Shown: positions 53,468-63,647, counted from the whole stretch's first letter. The stretch: DNA of 63,988 nucleotides, filler included, from an uncultured Methanoregulaceae archaeon (GCA_964530035.1; 10 parts of 10 records of this genome joined end to end with filler, not necessarily neighbours in it); one strand, 5' to 3'. Made by a program: numbers and translations. Notes: generated from the letters alone by a model not told the origin.

Positions 53468-54184
53468 TAAGAGCCTCCTGGATAAAAAAAATACAGTTCA
53501 ATAATAAAGGGATTACGAATTAACTTTAAGTCCAAGTAGCTCAATAGTTGCCAACACCTGCGTAAAAATCCCCCAATTCGGTGGAAAAAAATGCTAACAT
53601 CTCTACTTAAGATCATTAAAATTGATCTTATTGCAAAATGAGTTGATTTCTTTTCGTTTCTTTAAATATCTTGAATCCAAAACTATTCCCCCCAATCTCC
53701 AGACAGATCCCCCTCTTCAACCACCCCGCCCCAGACCGCCTGCCGCAATGACCGAATCATCAAAAAATTTCCCCCAAGAATACTCTCGATTCACCCCGAA
53801 AACTTGCGCGGTTCCGAAAGATCAAAACCCCCAAGAAGGCTCGATCGATAAACGAGACAAGACCGTGCCACTCCTTGTATAATGCAGCATTCAATCCGCC
53901 GGCAACAAAAATCGGCTATACCAGTATTGAACATCCTGCCCTAATCAACACCCAAAACTCGAAAAATCGTTCGATATATCGTAAACCTCCTTCACATAAT
54001 CAAGAAACAGATCGATACCCCTGGCACACACCCAAAAACGTAAAGAATCATTGACATTACCACAACCAAAACGTAAACTTCAATAACCGAACCAAGCAAT
54101 CGTTTTTTTGTGCAAGTGCCCGGTTAACACTCGAAATCACGTTCTTTTCCCCTATTAACCGAGCATTGCATCGAAGGTAAAACG

Positions 54185-54310
54185 ATGGAACTATCACGAC
54201 CAGCCCGCCTCATGCGGGATGACGTCGATGCCTGCGAACGCCTGACCGGTTTCAAGGGCATTGGAGAGTTCTTCGGGAAGAAAGGACTCTGTGTATTCGT
54301 GGAGGCTTAA
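54185..54310 (+). CDS. Possible 41-aa small protein
   Basis: Own translation MELSRPARLMRDDVDACERLTGFKGIGEFFGKKGLCVFVEA; AAGGT RBS-like upstream; below the ORF-track cutoff. Confidence 0.45.
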   Translation: MELSRPARLMRDDVDACERLTGFKGIGEFFGKKGLCVFVEA

Positions 54311-54528
54311 GAATGCAGGACAGCATGATGGTCCCCCGTTTGAGGGGTTATTCGCCTTGCACAGCAATTACCGATAAACTGGCGGGACCATTATTATGCT
54401 CCGTTTATTCCCCCTTCAGGCTTTCGGTTATGACAGGGTGATTGCTCTTGAAGGTGGGAAAAAAAGCAGCCAGAACGGATAGCACCGGCTATCCACACGC
54501 GACAAGATATACGAGAAACGTTAGGGTT

Positions 54529-54633
54529 AGGGACCAGATTTCCTATAATTTGCTTATCAATGACGAGCTTCCCATCAACCAGCTCACTAATGACCCGATT
54601 ACGAATAACCGGCTTACTAACAACCAGCTTCCC
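54529..54633. repeat. Imperfect 15-bp tandem repeats (5-7 units)
   Basis: AATGACGAGCTTCCC / ATCAACCAGCTCACT / AATGACCCGATTACG / AATAACCGGCTTACT / AACAACCAGCTTCCC at 54559-54633, with two weaker units upstream. Confidence 0.7.
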
Positions 54634-54668
54634 AATCCCCCACACACCACCTTCCCGGAGGTCTCATC

Positions 54669-55019
54669 ATGACCCACGCACGCGACCTCAGGGGAAAACA
54701 GGCCGAGTACATGGCCAGGGTCTGCCTTGAGTCGCAGGGATACCACGTGCTGAAAAGCGCCGGGTCCCGGTCTCCGGTGGACCTCGTCGCATGGAAGGAT
54801 ACCGGGCACCCGCTCCTCATCCAGGTGAGACGGAGCCGCCGCCGCCTGGACCTGCACACGCAGATCAGCTGGATGTTCCGGGACGACATCAGGGCGCTCC
54901 AGGCTATTCACCTGCCGTACTTCGCAAGCCTGCAGCTCTGGCTCTGGACCGACCGCCAGGGGTGGCGCGTCTTCGAGGTCCTGCCGGGCGGCATCGAGGA
55001 GGTGGGGGTCCTTGACTGA
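54669..55019 (+). CDS. Hjc-like PD-(D/E)xK Holliday-junction resolvase homolog
   Basis: GKQAE...LESQGYHVLKSAGS..PVDLVAW...LIQVR; GGAGGT RBS. Confidence 0.75.
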   Translation: MTHARDLRGKQAEYMARVCLESQGYHVLKSAGSRSPVDLVAWKDTGHPLLIQVRRSRRRLDLHTQISWMFRDDIRALQAIHLPYFASLQLWLWTDRQGWRVFEVLPGGIEEVGVLD

Positions 55020-55272
55020 ACCCGTACCTCCCGACCCCCGGATGTCCGAGATCCTCGCGGCCACGGCAGCTGTGAACGGGAAAAAGCGGATCTGGAACGC
55101 ACGGGAGATCGCCGAGGCAATCAGGGCCCGCCCGGACCTCGCCCCGACGTTTTCAAAGAGCAGGAAAGCGCTCTCGTACGCCATCGGGCGAGCCCTCCGG
55201 GACGTTGCGTGCATGAGGTACCGCCAGGGCGGGCGGTGTGTCAGGTGGCTCCTGCCGGGGGCAGACAAATGA
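55012..55272 (+). CDS. Small basic hypothetical protein
   Basis: Overlaps the upstream stop, GGAGGTG RBS, lies between the Hjc-like and rep genes. Confidence 0.6.
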   Translation: MTEPVPPDPRMSEILAATAAVNGKKRIWNAREIAEAIRARPDLAPTFSKSRKALSYAIGRALRDVACMRYRQGGRCVRWLLPGADK

Positions 55273-55329
55273 GGCCCGCCGCCGGGACCGTGCAGGGTGT
55301 GAAGGCCGTCCGGGACGGAGCGGAACGTC

Positions 55330-58300
55330 ATGTCCGATGAGGTCCTCGCCGCCACCCGGCTCCTCTTCGAACCCGGCCAGATCGTGGAGGTCCGGGCCAT
55401 CACCGAGTACGGGATGGCGTCTGGGTATTTCGACTCGGTGGAGGCGCTTGCGAAACGGGTGGAGGCCCTTGACTCCTCCCCCGAGGTGCAGGGGGTCTAT
55501 GTCACCCTGAACCGGGTCAACCCGGCGTTGTTTGCACGGCGGGCGAACCGGGTGAAGATGCGGCTTGGCAAGAAGGACGCCACCACCGCCGACGGCGACA
55601 TCACCGCACGGACGTGGTTTCCCATCGACATCGACCCGGTCCGTCCGTCCGGTGTCTCTTCGACTGATGAAGAGCACCAGGCCGCCCTGGACCGTGCCGG
55701 GGAGATCGCGTCGTACCTGGAGTCCGAATGGACCTGGCCGGAGCCGGTCCGGGCCGACAGCGGGAATGGGGCCCACCTCCTCTACCGGGTCACTCTGCCA
55801 AACGACGATGCCGCAAGGGACCTGGTCAGGCGGTGCCTGGAAACGCTCGCCGCTCGGTTCGATGACGACAAGGCGACCGTCGACACGGCGAACTTCAATG
55901 CCGCGAGGATCTGGAAGCTGTACGGCACGATGTCGAGGAAGGGCGACCACACAAAGGAGCGGCCGCACCGGCGGGCACGGGTCCTTTCCGCCCCGGACAG
56001 CTTCGGCGTCGTGTCCCGGGCGAAACTGGAACGGCTTGCAGAGTCCGGGGTGCCCCCCTCTGGAGCGGAAAGGGAGAAGGACCGTTCTCCGCCTGAAACG
56101 CAGGGAATGCCAATCGATTTGAGGGCCTGGCTTCCGGCCCATGGGATCGGGTGGTCCTCGGAGAAGCCCTACGAAGGGGGCACCCTGTTCACGCTCGACG
56201 AATGCCCGTTCTCCGGCGACCACAAGGACGGGGCGTACGCCATCCAGTTCCCGTCCGGTGCAGTCCATGTCGCCTGCCACCACCAGTCCTGCGGAGGCGG
56301 GGCACAGCGGTGGCATGAGCTGCGTGACCGGCTGGAACCGGGACCCGGGAGGAGAAAGACGGTTACTGCAACGAAACCCCGGCCACCGGGACCAGTTATC
56401 CCGGTCCCGTCCTGCACCGCCCCTCCTGGAAAGGATGAGGACCTCCAGGACAATCCTGACGATCCCGACCCGTCCGCCGACCCGGAACTCTCCGAAGAGG
56501 CCCTTGGCATACTGAGGGACGGGGACCCGAAACGGTTTTTCCTCAAGACCTTCGCCCTGGACCACGAAGGAGACGAGGCCGTGGCCGAGTGCCTGGTCCT
56601 TTCGCTTGCGTCCCGGGCCGTCGTGAACACGAACGGGCTCCATGTCAGCATCACCGGCGAGAGCGGCAAGGGGAAGTCCCACGCTTTTTCGACGATGCTT
56701 CGGCAGATACCGAAACGGTTCAGGCTGGAGGGAGCGATGTCGAACAAGGCCCTCTTCTACATGGACGGGCTCCAGGCCGGGTCCGTGATCATCATGGACG
56801 ACCGGGCCCTCTCCGAGGAAATGGCCGAGATGCTCAAGTCGGTCATCACCTCGTTCAAGAAGCCGTTCATCTACCGGACCGTGAACAAGGACCGCCGCGG
56901 CCAGGTCTGCACCATCCCGGAGCGGTGCGTCTGGTGGCTGGCGAAGGTTGAGGGGGCCGGCGACGACCAGGTCTGCAACCGGATGCTGACCTGCTGGATC
57001 GACGACTCGCCTGAACAGGACGACCGGGTCCTCGCCCATGTCCTGAAACAAAACCGGGAGTTGCCTGACGAAGCGGACGGAGAGCCCCGCGAGGTCCGGG
57101 TATGCAGGGCGATGTGGGAGATTATCGCCAGGCAGCAGGTCCATGTCGTGATCCCGTTTGCCCCGGGGATACGGTTCCAGACCTATGCGAACCGTCGCAA
57201 CCCCGAGATGCTCCTTGACCTCATCAAGGCGAACGCCCTCCTGAACATGATGCAACGGGAGCGGTGCGACTCGGGCGGATATTATTGCATACGGGCGACC
57301 CGTGCCGACTTCGACGAGGCGGTCAGGCTCTACGCCCTCCTGAACGGGACGGCCGGGGGCCAGACGACGAAGCTGACCCGGCGGGAGTCGGACATCATCG
57401 GCGTCATCGCCTCGCAGACCTGGGAGGAGTTCACCATCCCGATGCTCCAGAAAAGCACCGACATCTCGAACGGCTCACTCCACCGCGTCCTCCACGGGTA
57501 CTCGTCGCGGGGGTCGGTGTACACGGGCCTCCTGGAGAAATGCCCGGCGATTGCCTATACCGACCGGACCGTGTCCTCGGAGGACGTCGAGACCGGGGCG
57601 ATGACCCGGCGGAGGACGAACGCCTACACCTTTGACAAGGACCTCTATGCACGGTGGTGCGCCGGGACCACGGTCTGGATCGAGGACGGTCCTGGATGTC
57701 CGGGTGACCCGGGGGAGAATGACGGGAATGGAGGTGACGGCTCGTCCTCTTCCGCACCTTCAGCTCGAGACAACCTTCCTGCAACGGATGGTGCAGGAAG
57801 AAACAACGAACAGGAGAAGCCTGCAGCCCGTACAGGTACTACTAAGAAGTACTTAGATCTTAGTACAGGTATATCCTGCAGCATATCAGCACATACAGGG
57901 TCACCTGCGGACATCTCTTCACCTGCCTCTTCATGCCCCTGTGCCGGGGCCGATGCTGGAGGACAGTTCAAAAAACCTGATAAAATCGCTCCTATTTCAG
58001 ATCATCTCAAGGAACCAGCCCGAATTACCCTTCACCAGCAAGGTGGGAGGGGCTGTGAACCGGTGGAGCAATCTGGAAGAAAAAGGTCAGAGAAGCCTCA
58101 TCCAGGACAACAGGCCCCGATAAACCGGAATCATACCGTTTCCGGAGGGTCACGAGGTGCTGCAGAGCCCCCCCGGGAGGTCCATGCCCGGGAGTACAAG
58201 TTGCTCGATACCCCTGAGCATGCGGCGACCTGCTGGAAATGCGGGAGACGGACCGTCTCCTATATCGAGAAACTGACGAAATCACGGCTTTCCCGGCCGA

Positions 58301-58427
58301 AAGGCCGGCAGGACGCACGGAAGATATGCCGGAAGTGTTATGAGGCAGCCGTCCGCCGGGAACGGGCTGCATCGCCTCCCCTACCGGGGGTGGTCGATGT
58401 GTCCTCGCTCGTCCGGGTGACCACCGC
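55330..58427 (+). CDS. Mobile-element replication protein: AEP-like primase, Zn-binding domain, P-loop helicase, C-terminal Zn finger (truncated)
   Basis: WFPIDID, DSGNGAHL, DTANFNAARI primase motifs; CPF..H...CHHQSC; Walker A GESGKGKS, Walker B VIIMDD; CWKC...CRKC. Confidence 0.8.
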
Positions 58428-58527
58428 NNNNNNNNNNNNNNNNNNNNNNNNNNNNNNNNNNNNNNNNNNNNTTAATTAATTAANNNNNNNNNNNNNNNNN
58501 NNNNNNNNNNNNNNNNNNNNNNNNNNN

Positions 58528-58675
58528 GGTCATCGGGCCGCGGGTCGTGATGCGGAACCGGGTCATCCTGCACTCGAGAACCCGGGTATGGCCGGAGGTC
58601 GTCGTCCCTGAGGACAGCGTCATCCTCGAGCATGTCTTAAACGACAAGTTCGATGCCCGGTGCGAAGGCTCGTAA
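58528..58675 (+). CDS. C-terminal end of an NDP-sugar synthase/nucleotidyltransferase (left-handed beta-helix)
   Basis: Own translation VIGPRVVMRNRVILHSRTRVWPEVVVPEDSVILEHVLNDKFDARCEGS*. Confidence 0.65.
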
Positions 58676-58696
58676 AGCCCCTTACACGGCCTTTTT

Positions 58697-59497
58697 TCAG
58701 GAATCCTTCCCTGACTGCCCCCTCACGAGGCGGTGGGTTACCGCCATCAGCGGGTGGCGGGCATAATCGAGGACCTGGATGTCGTCGAGGGACGTCAGGT
58801 CCTGGGCACGGGCGGTACGCTCGAGCCCGAGTTCGTCGTCAAGGTCCACATCGATGATGTAAGCGTCAAGTGCCTTGATCCCGAGCCGCTTCGCTGCTAC
58901 CGTCCTGTGATGACCGTCGACGAGGATCGTCCTCCCCCTTCTCCTGATGACGATGAGGGGTTCTGCAAGACCCTTTTTAATCTCGTAGATCCGCCCCTCG
59001 AGTTCGTCTTCGTACACCTTGGACTGTGTCGGCAGCAGGTCGTCAATGGGGATGATCCCCCGCTGCAGGACGGGTTCGACACCATGGAGGGTTTTTATGG
59101 TGGTGATGAAATTGAAGACTTTTTCAGGAGAGACATGTTCGATCTGGGAGCGGATGACATCGGTATTCGATATGATCCCGAGGAGCTCGTTTCGGTCGTT
59201 CACCACCGGGAGTTTCTGGATACCCGAACGGAAGATGACGCGGGCGGCATCGTTCACCGACATCTCGGGGTCGGCGACGATGAGGTGGTGGGACATCACC
59301 TTCCTGACCGGGGTCGTTGTCGGGACGAAGATGAGGTCGCGGGCGGCGATATAACCGACGACCTCCGTCCCGTCGACGACCGGGAAACCGTCATGGCCGG
59401 TGGTCTGGATCTTTTCAATGACATCCTTCGTGGTACCGCTGGCATCGACCGTGACCACGTCGTAGGTCATGTAATCCCGAACCCGCTTCTTATCCAT
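58697..59497 (-). CDS. CBS-pair plus ParB/Srx-like domain protein
   Basis: Two CBS repeats (HDGFPVVD, IQKLPVVN) then LLPTQ...EPLIV...LVDGHHR. Confidence 0.9.
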   Translation of the reverse strand: MDKKRVRDYMTYDVVTVDASGTTKDVIEKIQTTGHDGFPVVDGTEVVGYIAARDLIFVPTTTPVRKVMSHHLIVADPEMSVNDAARVIFRSGIQKLPVVNDRNELLGIISNTDVIRSQIEHVSPEKVFNFITTIKTLHGVEPVLQRGIIPIDDLLPTQSKVYEDELEGRIYEIKKGLAEPLIVIRRRGRTILVDGHHRTVAAKRLGIKALDAYIIDVDLDDELGLERTARAQDLTSLDDIQVLDYARHPLMAVTHRLVRGQSGKDS

Positions 59498-59646
59498 TTA
59501 CAATGAATACACGGTCGGAACACTAAAATGCATCGATAGCGCTGACAAAAGGGGTCTTGGCAAAAATACCCGGAACCCTGATGACACCGGTCCGGTTCAT
59601 GTCCGGACCGGATCAGCAGCGCCTTGAAAATATGTATTGAAAAGGT

Positions 59647-60114
59647 TTATTCAATGGGGATGGCCGCCCCGCGTTCCATGGTGACCTTTTTGAGCCTGAC
59701 CTCGAGGACCCCGTTTTTGAAAGTCGCCTTCGCGTTTTCGTCGGTGACCTCGTTCGGGAGGGTCACGATCCGGCTCATGCTGCCAAATGTCCGTTCCCGG
59801 ACGTAGTAACCTTCCGATTTATCCTCCTTCTCGGCGTTCCTCTGGCTGGATATCTCCAGGGTCCTCGGGTTGACCAGCTTCAGGGTAACGTTCTCCTTGT
59901 CGACGCCGGGCAGGTCGGCCACGATCAGGACCTCGTCCTCGTGTTCGCGGACGTCCACCCTGAACTCCCCCCGGAGGGCGGGGAGCATCCTGTCCGTGAA
60001 TCCACCCGCCGGGAGCATACGTCCGCCCGAAAGTGCCTGGAAGGTCCCTTCGAGCTCGCTCATCATCTCGTCCCAGTCTCTCCACCAGAACGGATAGCGC
60101 CTTCTCCATGGCAT
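59647..60114 (-). CDS. hsp20: Small heat-shock protein Hsp20
   Basis: VDVRE..ADLPGV, RERTFGSMSRIVTLP, ATFKNGVLEVRL; GAGGTG RBS. Confidence 0.96.
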   Translation of the reverse strand: MPWRRRYPFWWRDWDEMMSELEGTFQALSGGRMLPAGGFTDRMLPALRGEFRVDVREHEDEVLIVADLPGVDKENVTLKLVNPRTLEISSQRNAEKEDKSEGYYVRERTFGSMSRIVTLPNEVTDENAKATFKNGVLEVRLKKVTMERGAAIPIE

Positions 60115-60151
60115 GATATGTGCACCTCGCTGTTCCCATCTCATGGATGGG

Positions 60152-60186
60152 CTAACCAACGGTTAGTATTAATTTAGTATATAATT
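60152..60186 (-). promoter_or_regulatory. hsp20 promoter: TATA box plus CTAAC-N5-GTTAG palindrome
   Basis: CTAACCAACGGTTAG at 60152-60166; minus-strand TTATATA at ~60178-60184. Confidence 0.75.
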
Positions 60187-60338
60187 ATTTGTAAAGGCAA
60201 TCTGTCGGATAATTCCGGATAACAGTGATTTTTAAGGACAGCAGCCCTTAATATGACTCTATAGAAAAAGAGAGTTCAGGACTCATCCTGATTGCGGATC
60301 CATACCGGAGGCATACAGGACCCTCCCTTTATTGAGTC

Positions 60339-63300
60339 CTATTTCATCCCGAAGTCCTGAGCTATGTAATACTTTCCGTTCGATCCTTTCACCACTCCGA
60401 CACCGATGTGTGTGACGGATGCCAGGATATTCTTCCTGTGTCCGTCGTTATGGCAGGTGTCATGGTTCATCCACATGTCCACGACGAATTCCGCAATCCC
60501 TTCCGGAGTATTGGCGACCTTGTGCAACGGCCCGTTGCAGTCCGTATAGACATTTCCGGAGACACCTGTCGCGATATTTTCTCGTATACTCGAAATGGCA
60601 AAACCAAAGCCATTGATGGTTTTTGAACGGTCATTCCACAGGTTTCCAGGGAGGTTATGATCACCGGGCATATTCTGTGCTGCTGCCATGGCCGAAGCGA
60701 ATCCTTTTGAAACCGTTGCTATTTTCGGGTCCCAGCAGAGGGCGGGAAGACCGTTGACCGCCCGTGCCTTGTTCGTTTCGGTAAAGACAGCAGCCGCCAT
60801 CCTCTCCTCGAAGGTCGACCCGGCCGGCGGAGAACACGGGTTCTGCGGGACCTGGGTCGGGGGCAAGGGTGTTTTTGTGAGTACGACCATGGTGGTTGGC
60901 TTCAGGGTCGTAACCGTGGGTTTCACCGTTTTCGTGGGGATCACGACAGCCGTAGGCTGAGATACTGCTGTTGGCTGCTTTGTTGGTGTTGCAACAGGGG
61001 TCTGGACCACGGGTGTTGGCGTTTTTACCACCATGGTTGGCTTTACCGTGGATGTGGGTTTCGGTGCCGGGGTCTTCGTTGAAGTGGGAGTCGGCGGCGG
61101 GACAGGGGTAAGTTTCTGGTCTACCCGGACCGTCTGTCCGGCCTTGACCTCGATAGTCCCTGAAAAATCAACGTACCCGCTCTTTTTCAGGGTGATGGAG
61201 TGGGTTCCCTCCAGGATACCGGAGAGTGTCACCGGGGTCGCTCCCCTTGATTCTCCGTCCAGAGTTATCGCTGTTCCCGCAGGGACCGAGGTTATCGAGA
61301 GGCTGCCCCGGGTTATCTTCGGCGGATTCTTATAGTCCACAAGCGGCAGGGCATCGGCGTTCTTTTCATTCAACTGGTACGGCTGGTCGCAGAACCCGTC
61401 GCCATCAGCGTCCTGCGTCACCTGTGAAAAGCCCTTGCCGTCAGGCTGGCCCCAGAAGTTTCCGCCAATATACGGGCCACCCATGATATTCGTACCGGAG
61501 GCTTTTTTGACGTTCCAGGAGTTCTCTGCTATTTTGGAGCCGTACGGACCTACTCCGCCCTGGGCAAAGAAGTTGATGCGGTTGATTATCTTGTTGTTCG
61601 AGATGATGTTTTTCTCAGCGTCCCAGTAGATCCTGATGCCAACATCATTGTTGGTGATGGTATTTCCCGTAACGGTATGGCCGTTGCCGCCGAGTGAAAT
61701 CCCGTCGGCGTTTTTCGTGACGCCCCAGCAGTCCGGGGTTTCTTCGTTATCCCTGATACTACAGGGGCCGGGTGTCCCGTAATTAATGATTATTGCTGAT
61801 CCCTTGTTGTTCCTGATGATATTGTCCTCAATGACCATGCCGGTGCAGTCCATCCAGGTCACGATCCCTGCCCCGCCATCTTCAAAAATATTCCTTTCTA
61901 TGACGGCACCGGGACAGTCCATAAGCCCCAGACCATTCATGCTATTCTTCCGGAAGATATTGTCACTGATATGGATATCCCGGTTTTTATCGACATAAAC
62001 GGGTTGCGAGATGTGGGACCCGACAGGGTTAATGATACTCAACCCTGTCTCCGCGTTTCCTTCAAAAGTGTTATCCGTGCATTCCAGCCCGGAAACCCCG
62101 GTGAGAATGACACCGTCACCCGTGTTCGACTTCAGGGTGTTGCGTTTCAGGACGACATCAAAGACATCGCGGAGCTCGATACCATAACAGCGGCCGTCCG
62201 AGAGCGTCCCGTACTCGGTCACAGTTTCGGTGATCGTCACCCCGCGGCAGGAAAACATGTAAATCCCGGCAAAGCCGTTTATCCCGGAGATGGTGCCCCT
62301 TGTGACTACGATGTCGTCAACGTTTGATGCTGAAAGGCCTGCGCCGGCGAACTTCACGTCCTCAACAGTAAACCCCTTGAGCTGCGTGTACGTCTTCTTC
62401 TCAGAATCATAGACATCACCAGCGGTGATCCCGCTGTTTTCACCACTCCTGCTGATGGTATGACCATTGCCCTTAATCGTGACATCCGAAGCCTTTACCT
62501 TGACGAGGCCCGAAAAGTCACGTTCAATGCAATAGGTGCCGCTCTGGGTGATCGTCATCGGGCCGTTGAGGGGATAACAACCGGTTACAGGATCTACGGT
62601 AATCGTGGGTGTTGGCGTTGATACAGGTTGGGCAGTCCTGGCGACGGTTGGTGTCGGAGTGGCAGCAGGTGTCCGGACACTTACAGGGGTGGCTGTTTTC
62701 ACTGGCGTCTGGACTACGCGAGTGGGTGTGGGTGTAACGTCGGGTAACACCACGGGCGCGGTTACGGTAATAAACCCGGGATTGCTGCTGGCAAGGTTGT
62801 TGTCGATATTTACGTCGGGGATTTTCCTGTCATGGTCGATCCACACGCCGATGTAATAATCGCCGGGCGGGACGTTATCAGGAAGGGTTACCTGTCGGGT
62901 GGCCGTTCCACTCGAGTGGGCGGAAAAACCCTGGGTTGTCACCGAGTTGCCGATTACGTACGCCTTTTTCGTGTTTGTACTGAAGACGAGGCCATACAGG
63001 AGGTCGGCAGCGGGAGTCGCCACGTTTCCGTCATTTCCAACTTCTGCCGTAATCTCAATTGTGCTACCTGCAGGGGCTGTTTTCGGACCCCGGACCCCGG
63101 AAACCCACAGGTCTGCCATCCCTCCGGAGGATGGTGTTGCAGCAACGGGAGTGGTAACGCGGGTGGGGGTATTCTTAACGGTGACCGCCCCTGTGATACC
63201 TGTCAGCCATTTTTCATTGTTGTTTTCGTTTTGCTCCTGGACGTTGCCCGCGTCCGTGTAATTGCTGTTATCTGCTGCGACCTTTGCATCATATTTACCT

Positions 63301-63647
63301 GAAGGCGCGTTCGAGGGAAGCGTGAATGTGAATGTGTACGAGGCCGATGCCCCGGGAGAAAGCCCTGATGCCATGATTGTCCCCATCTTCAGGGAAAATG
63401 CGTAATCAGGCTGGGCGAATATCCATCCCTCAATCGGGAACGAACCTGATGAGCTTCCGCCGCTGTTTTCGCAGGTAACCCGGACGGACACCTGCCCACC
63501 GGGCTGGAGGGGTGATAGCACCTCTATCTTTGTCACCTTCAGGTCTGGAAGGGATGAGCTCCCACCCGACGCTGCTGCCACCGGTACGAGGAGAAATGCA
63601 ACCATGGTCAGACAGACCATGAATACTGATGCTATACGATAATTCAT
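60339..63647 (-). CDS. Large secreted protein: 2x CARDB, beta-helix, PEGA, Thr/Pro linker, CAP/SCP domain
   Basis: Signal peptide; PDLKV...ENENNN and ADLWV...DNN (CARDB); PbH1 repeats and GGNFW; SITSVPAG (PEGA); TNKARA...ENIA...WMN...GHRKNIL..HIGVG (CAP). Confidence 0.88.
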   Translation of the reverse strand: MNYRIASVFMVCLTMVAFLLVPVAAASGGSSSLPDLKVTKIEVLSPLQPGGQVSVRVTCENSGGSSSGSFPIEGWIFAQPDYAFSLKMGTIMASGLSPGASASYTFTFTLPSNAPSGKYDAKVAADNSNYTDAGNVQEQNENNNEKWLTGITGAVTVKNTPTRVTTPVAATPSSGGMADLWVSGVRGPKTAPAGSTIEITAEVGNDGNVATPAADLLYGLVFSTNTKKAYVIGNSVTTQGFSAHSSGTATRQVTLPDNVPPGDYYIGVWIDHDRKIPDVNIDNNLASSNPGFITVTAPVVLPDVTPTPTRVVQTPVKTATPVSVRTPAATPTPTVARTAQPVSTPTPTITVDPVTGCYPLNGPMTITQSGTYCIERDFSGLVKVKASDVTIKGNGHTISRSGENSGITAGDVYDSEKKTYTQLKGFTVEDVKFAGAGLSASNVDDIVVTRGTISGINGFAGIYMFSCRGVTITETVTEYGTLSDGRCYGIELRDVFDVVLKRNTLKSNTGDGVILTGVSGLECTDNTFEGNAETGLSIINPVGSHISQPVYVDKNRDIHISDNIFRKNSMNGLGLMDCPGAVIERNIFEDGGAGIVTWMDCTGMVIEDNIIRNNKGSAIIINYGTPGPCSIRDNEETPDCWGVTKNADGISLGGNGHTVTGNTITNNDVGIRIYWDAEKNIISNNKIINRINFFAQGGVGPYGSKIAENSWNVKKASGTNIMGGPYIGGNFWGQPDGKGFSQVTQDADGDGFCDQPYQLNEKNADALPLVDYKNPPKITRGSLSITSVPAGTAITLDGESRGATPVTLSGILEGTHSITLKKSGYVDFSGTIEVKAGQTVRVDQKLTPVPPPTPTSTKTPAPKPTSTVKPTMVVKTPTPVVQTPVATPTKQPTAVSQPTAVVIPTKTVKPTVTTLKPTTMVVLTKTPLPPTQVPQNPCSPPAGSTFEERMAAAVFTETNKARAVNGLPALCWDPKIATVSKGFASAMAAAQNMPGDHNLPGNLWNDRSKTINGFGFAISSIRENIATGVSGNVYTDCNGPLHKVANTPEGIAEFVVDMWMNHDTCHNDGHRKNILASVTHIGVGVVKGSNGKYYIAQDFGMK

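Larger units (their letters stand above)
52425..58427. mobile_element. Fragment of a plasmid-like or provirus-like element
   Basis: Whole contig holds no housekeeping gene; it carries a rep gene, a resolvase-like gene and AT-rich cargo. Boundaries and integrase are not visible. Confidence 0.65.

Noticed and set aside
54529..54633. CRISPR array
   Set aside because: Units are 15 bp, contiguous and degenerate, with no spacers and no cas genes.
55153..57255. 700-aa antisense ORF opposite the rep gene (and other long shadow ORFs such as 4504-5313 and 9953-10831)
   Set aside because: Mirror frames of GC-rich genes with no recognisable motifs; the sense strand carries clear domains.
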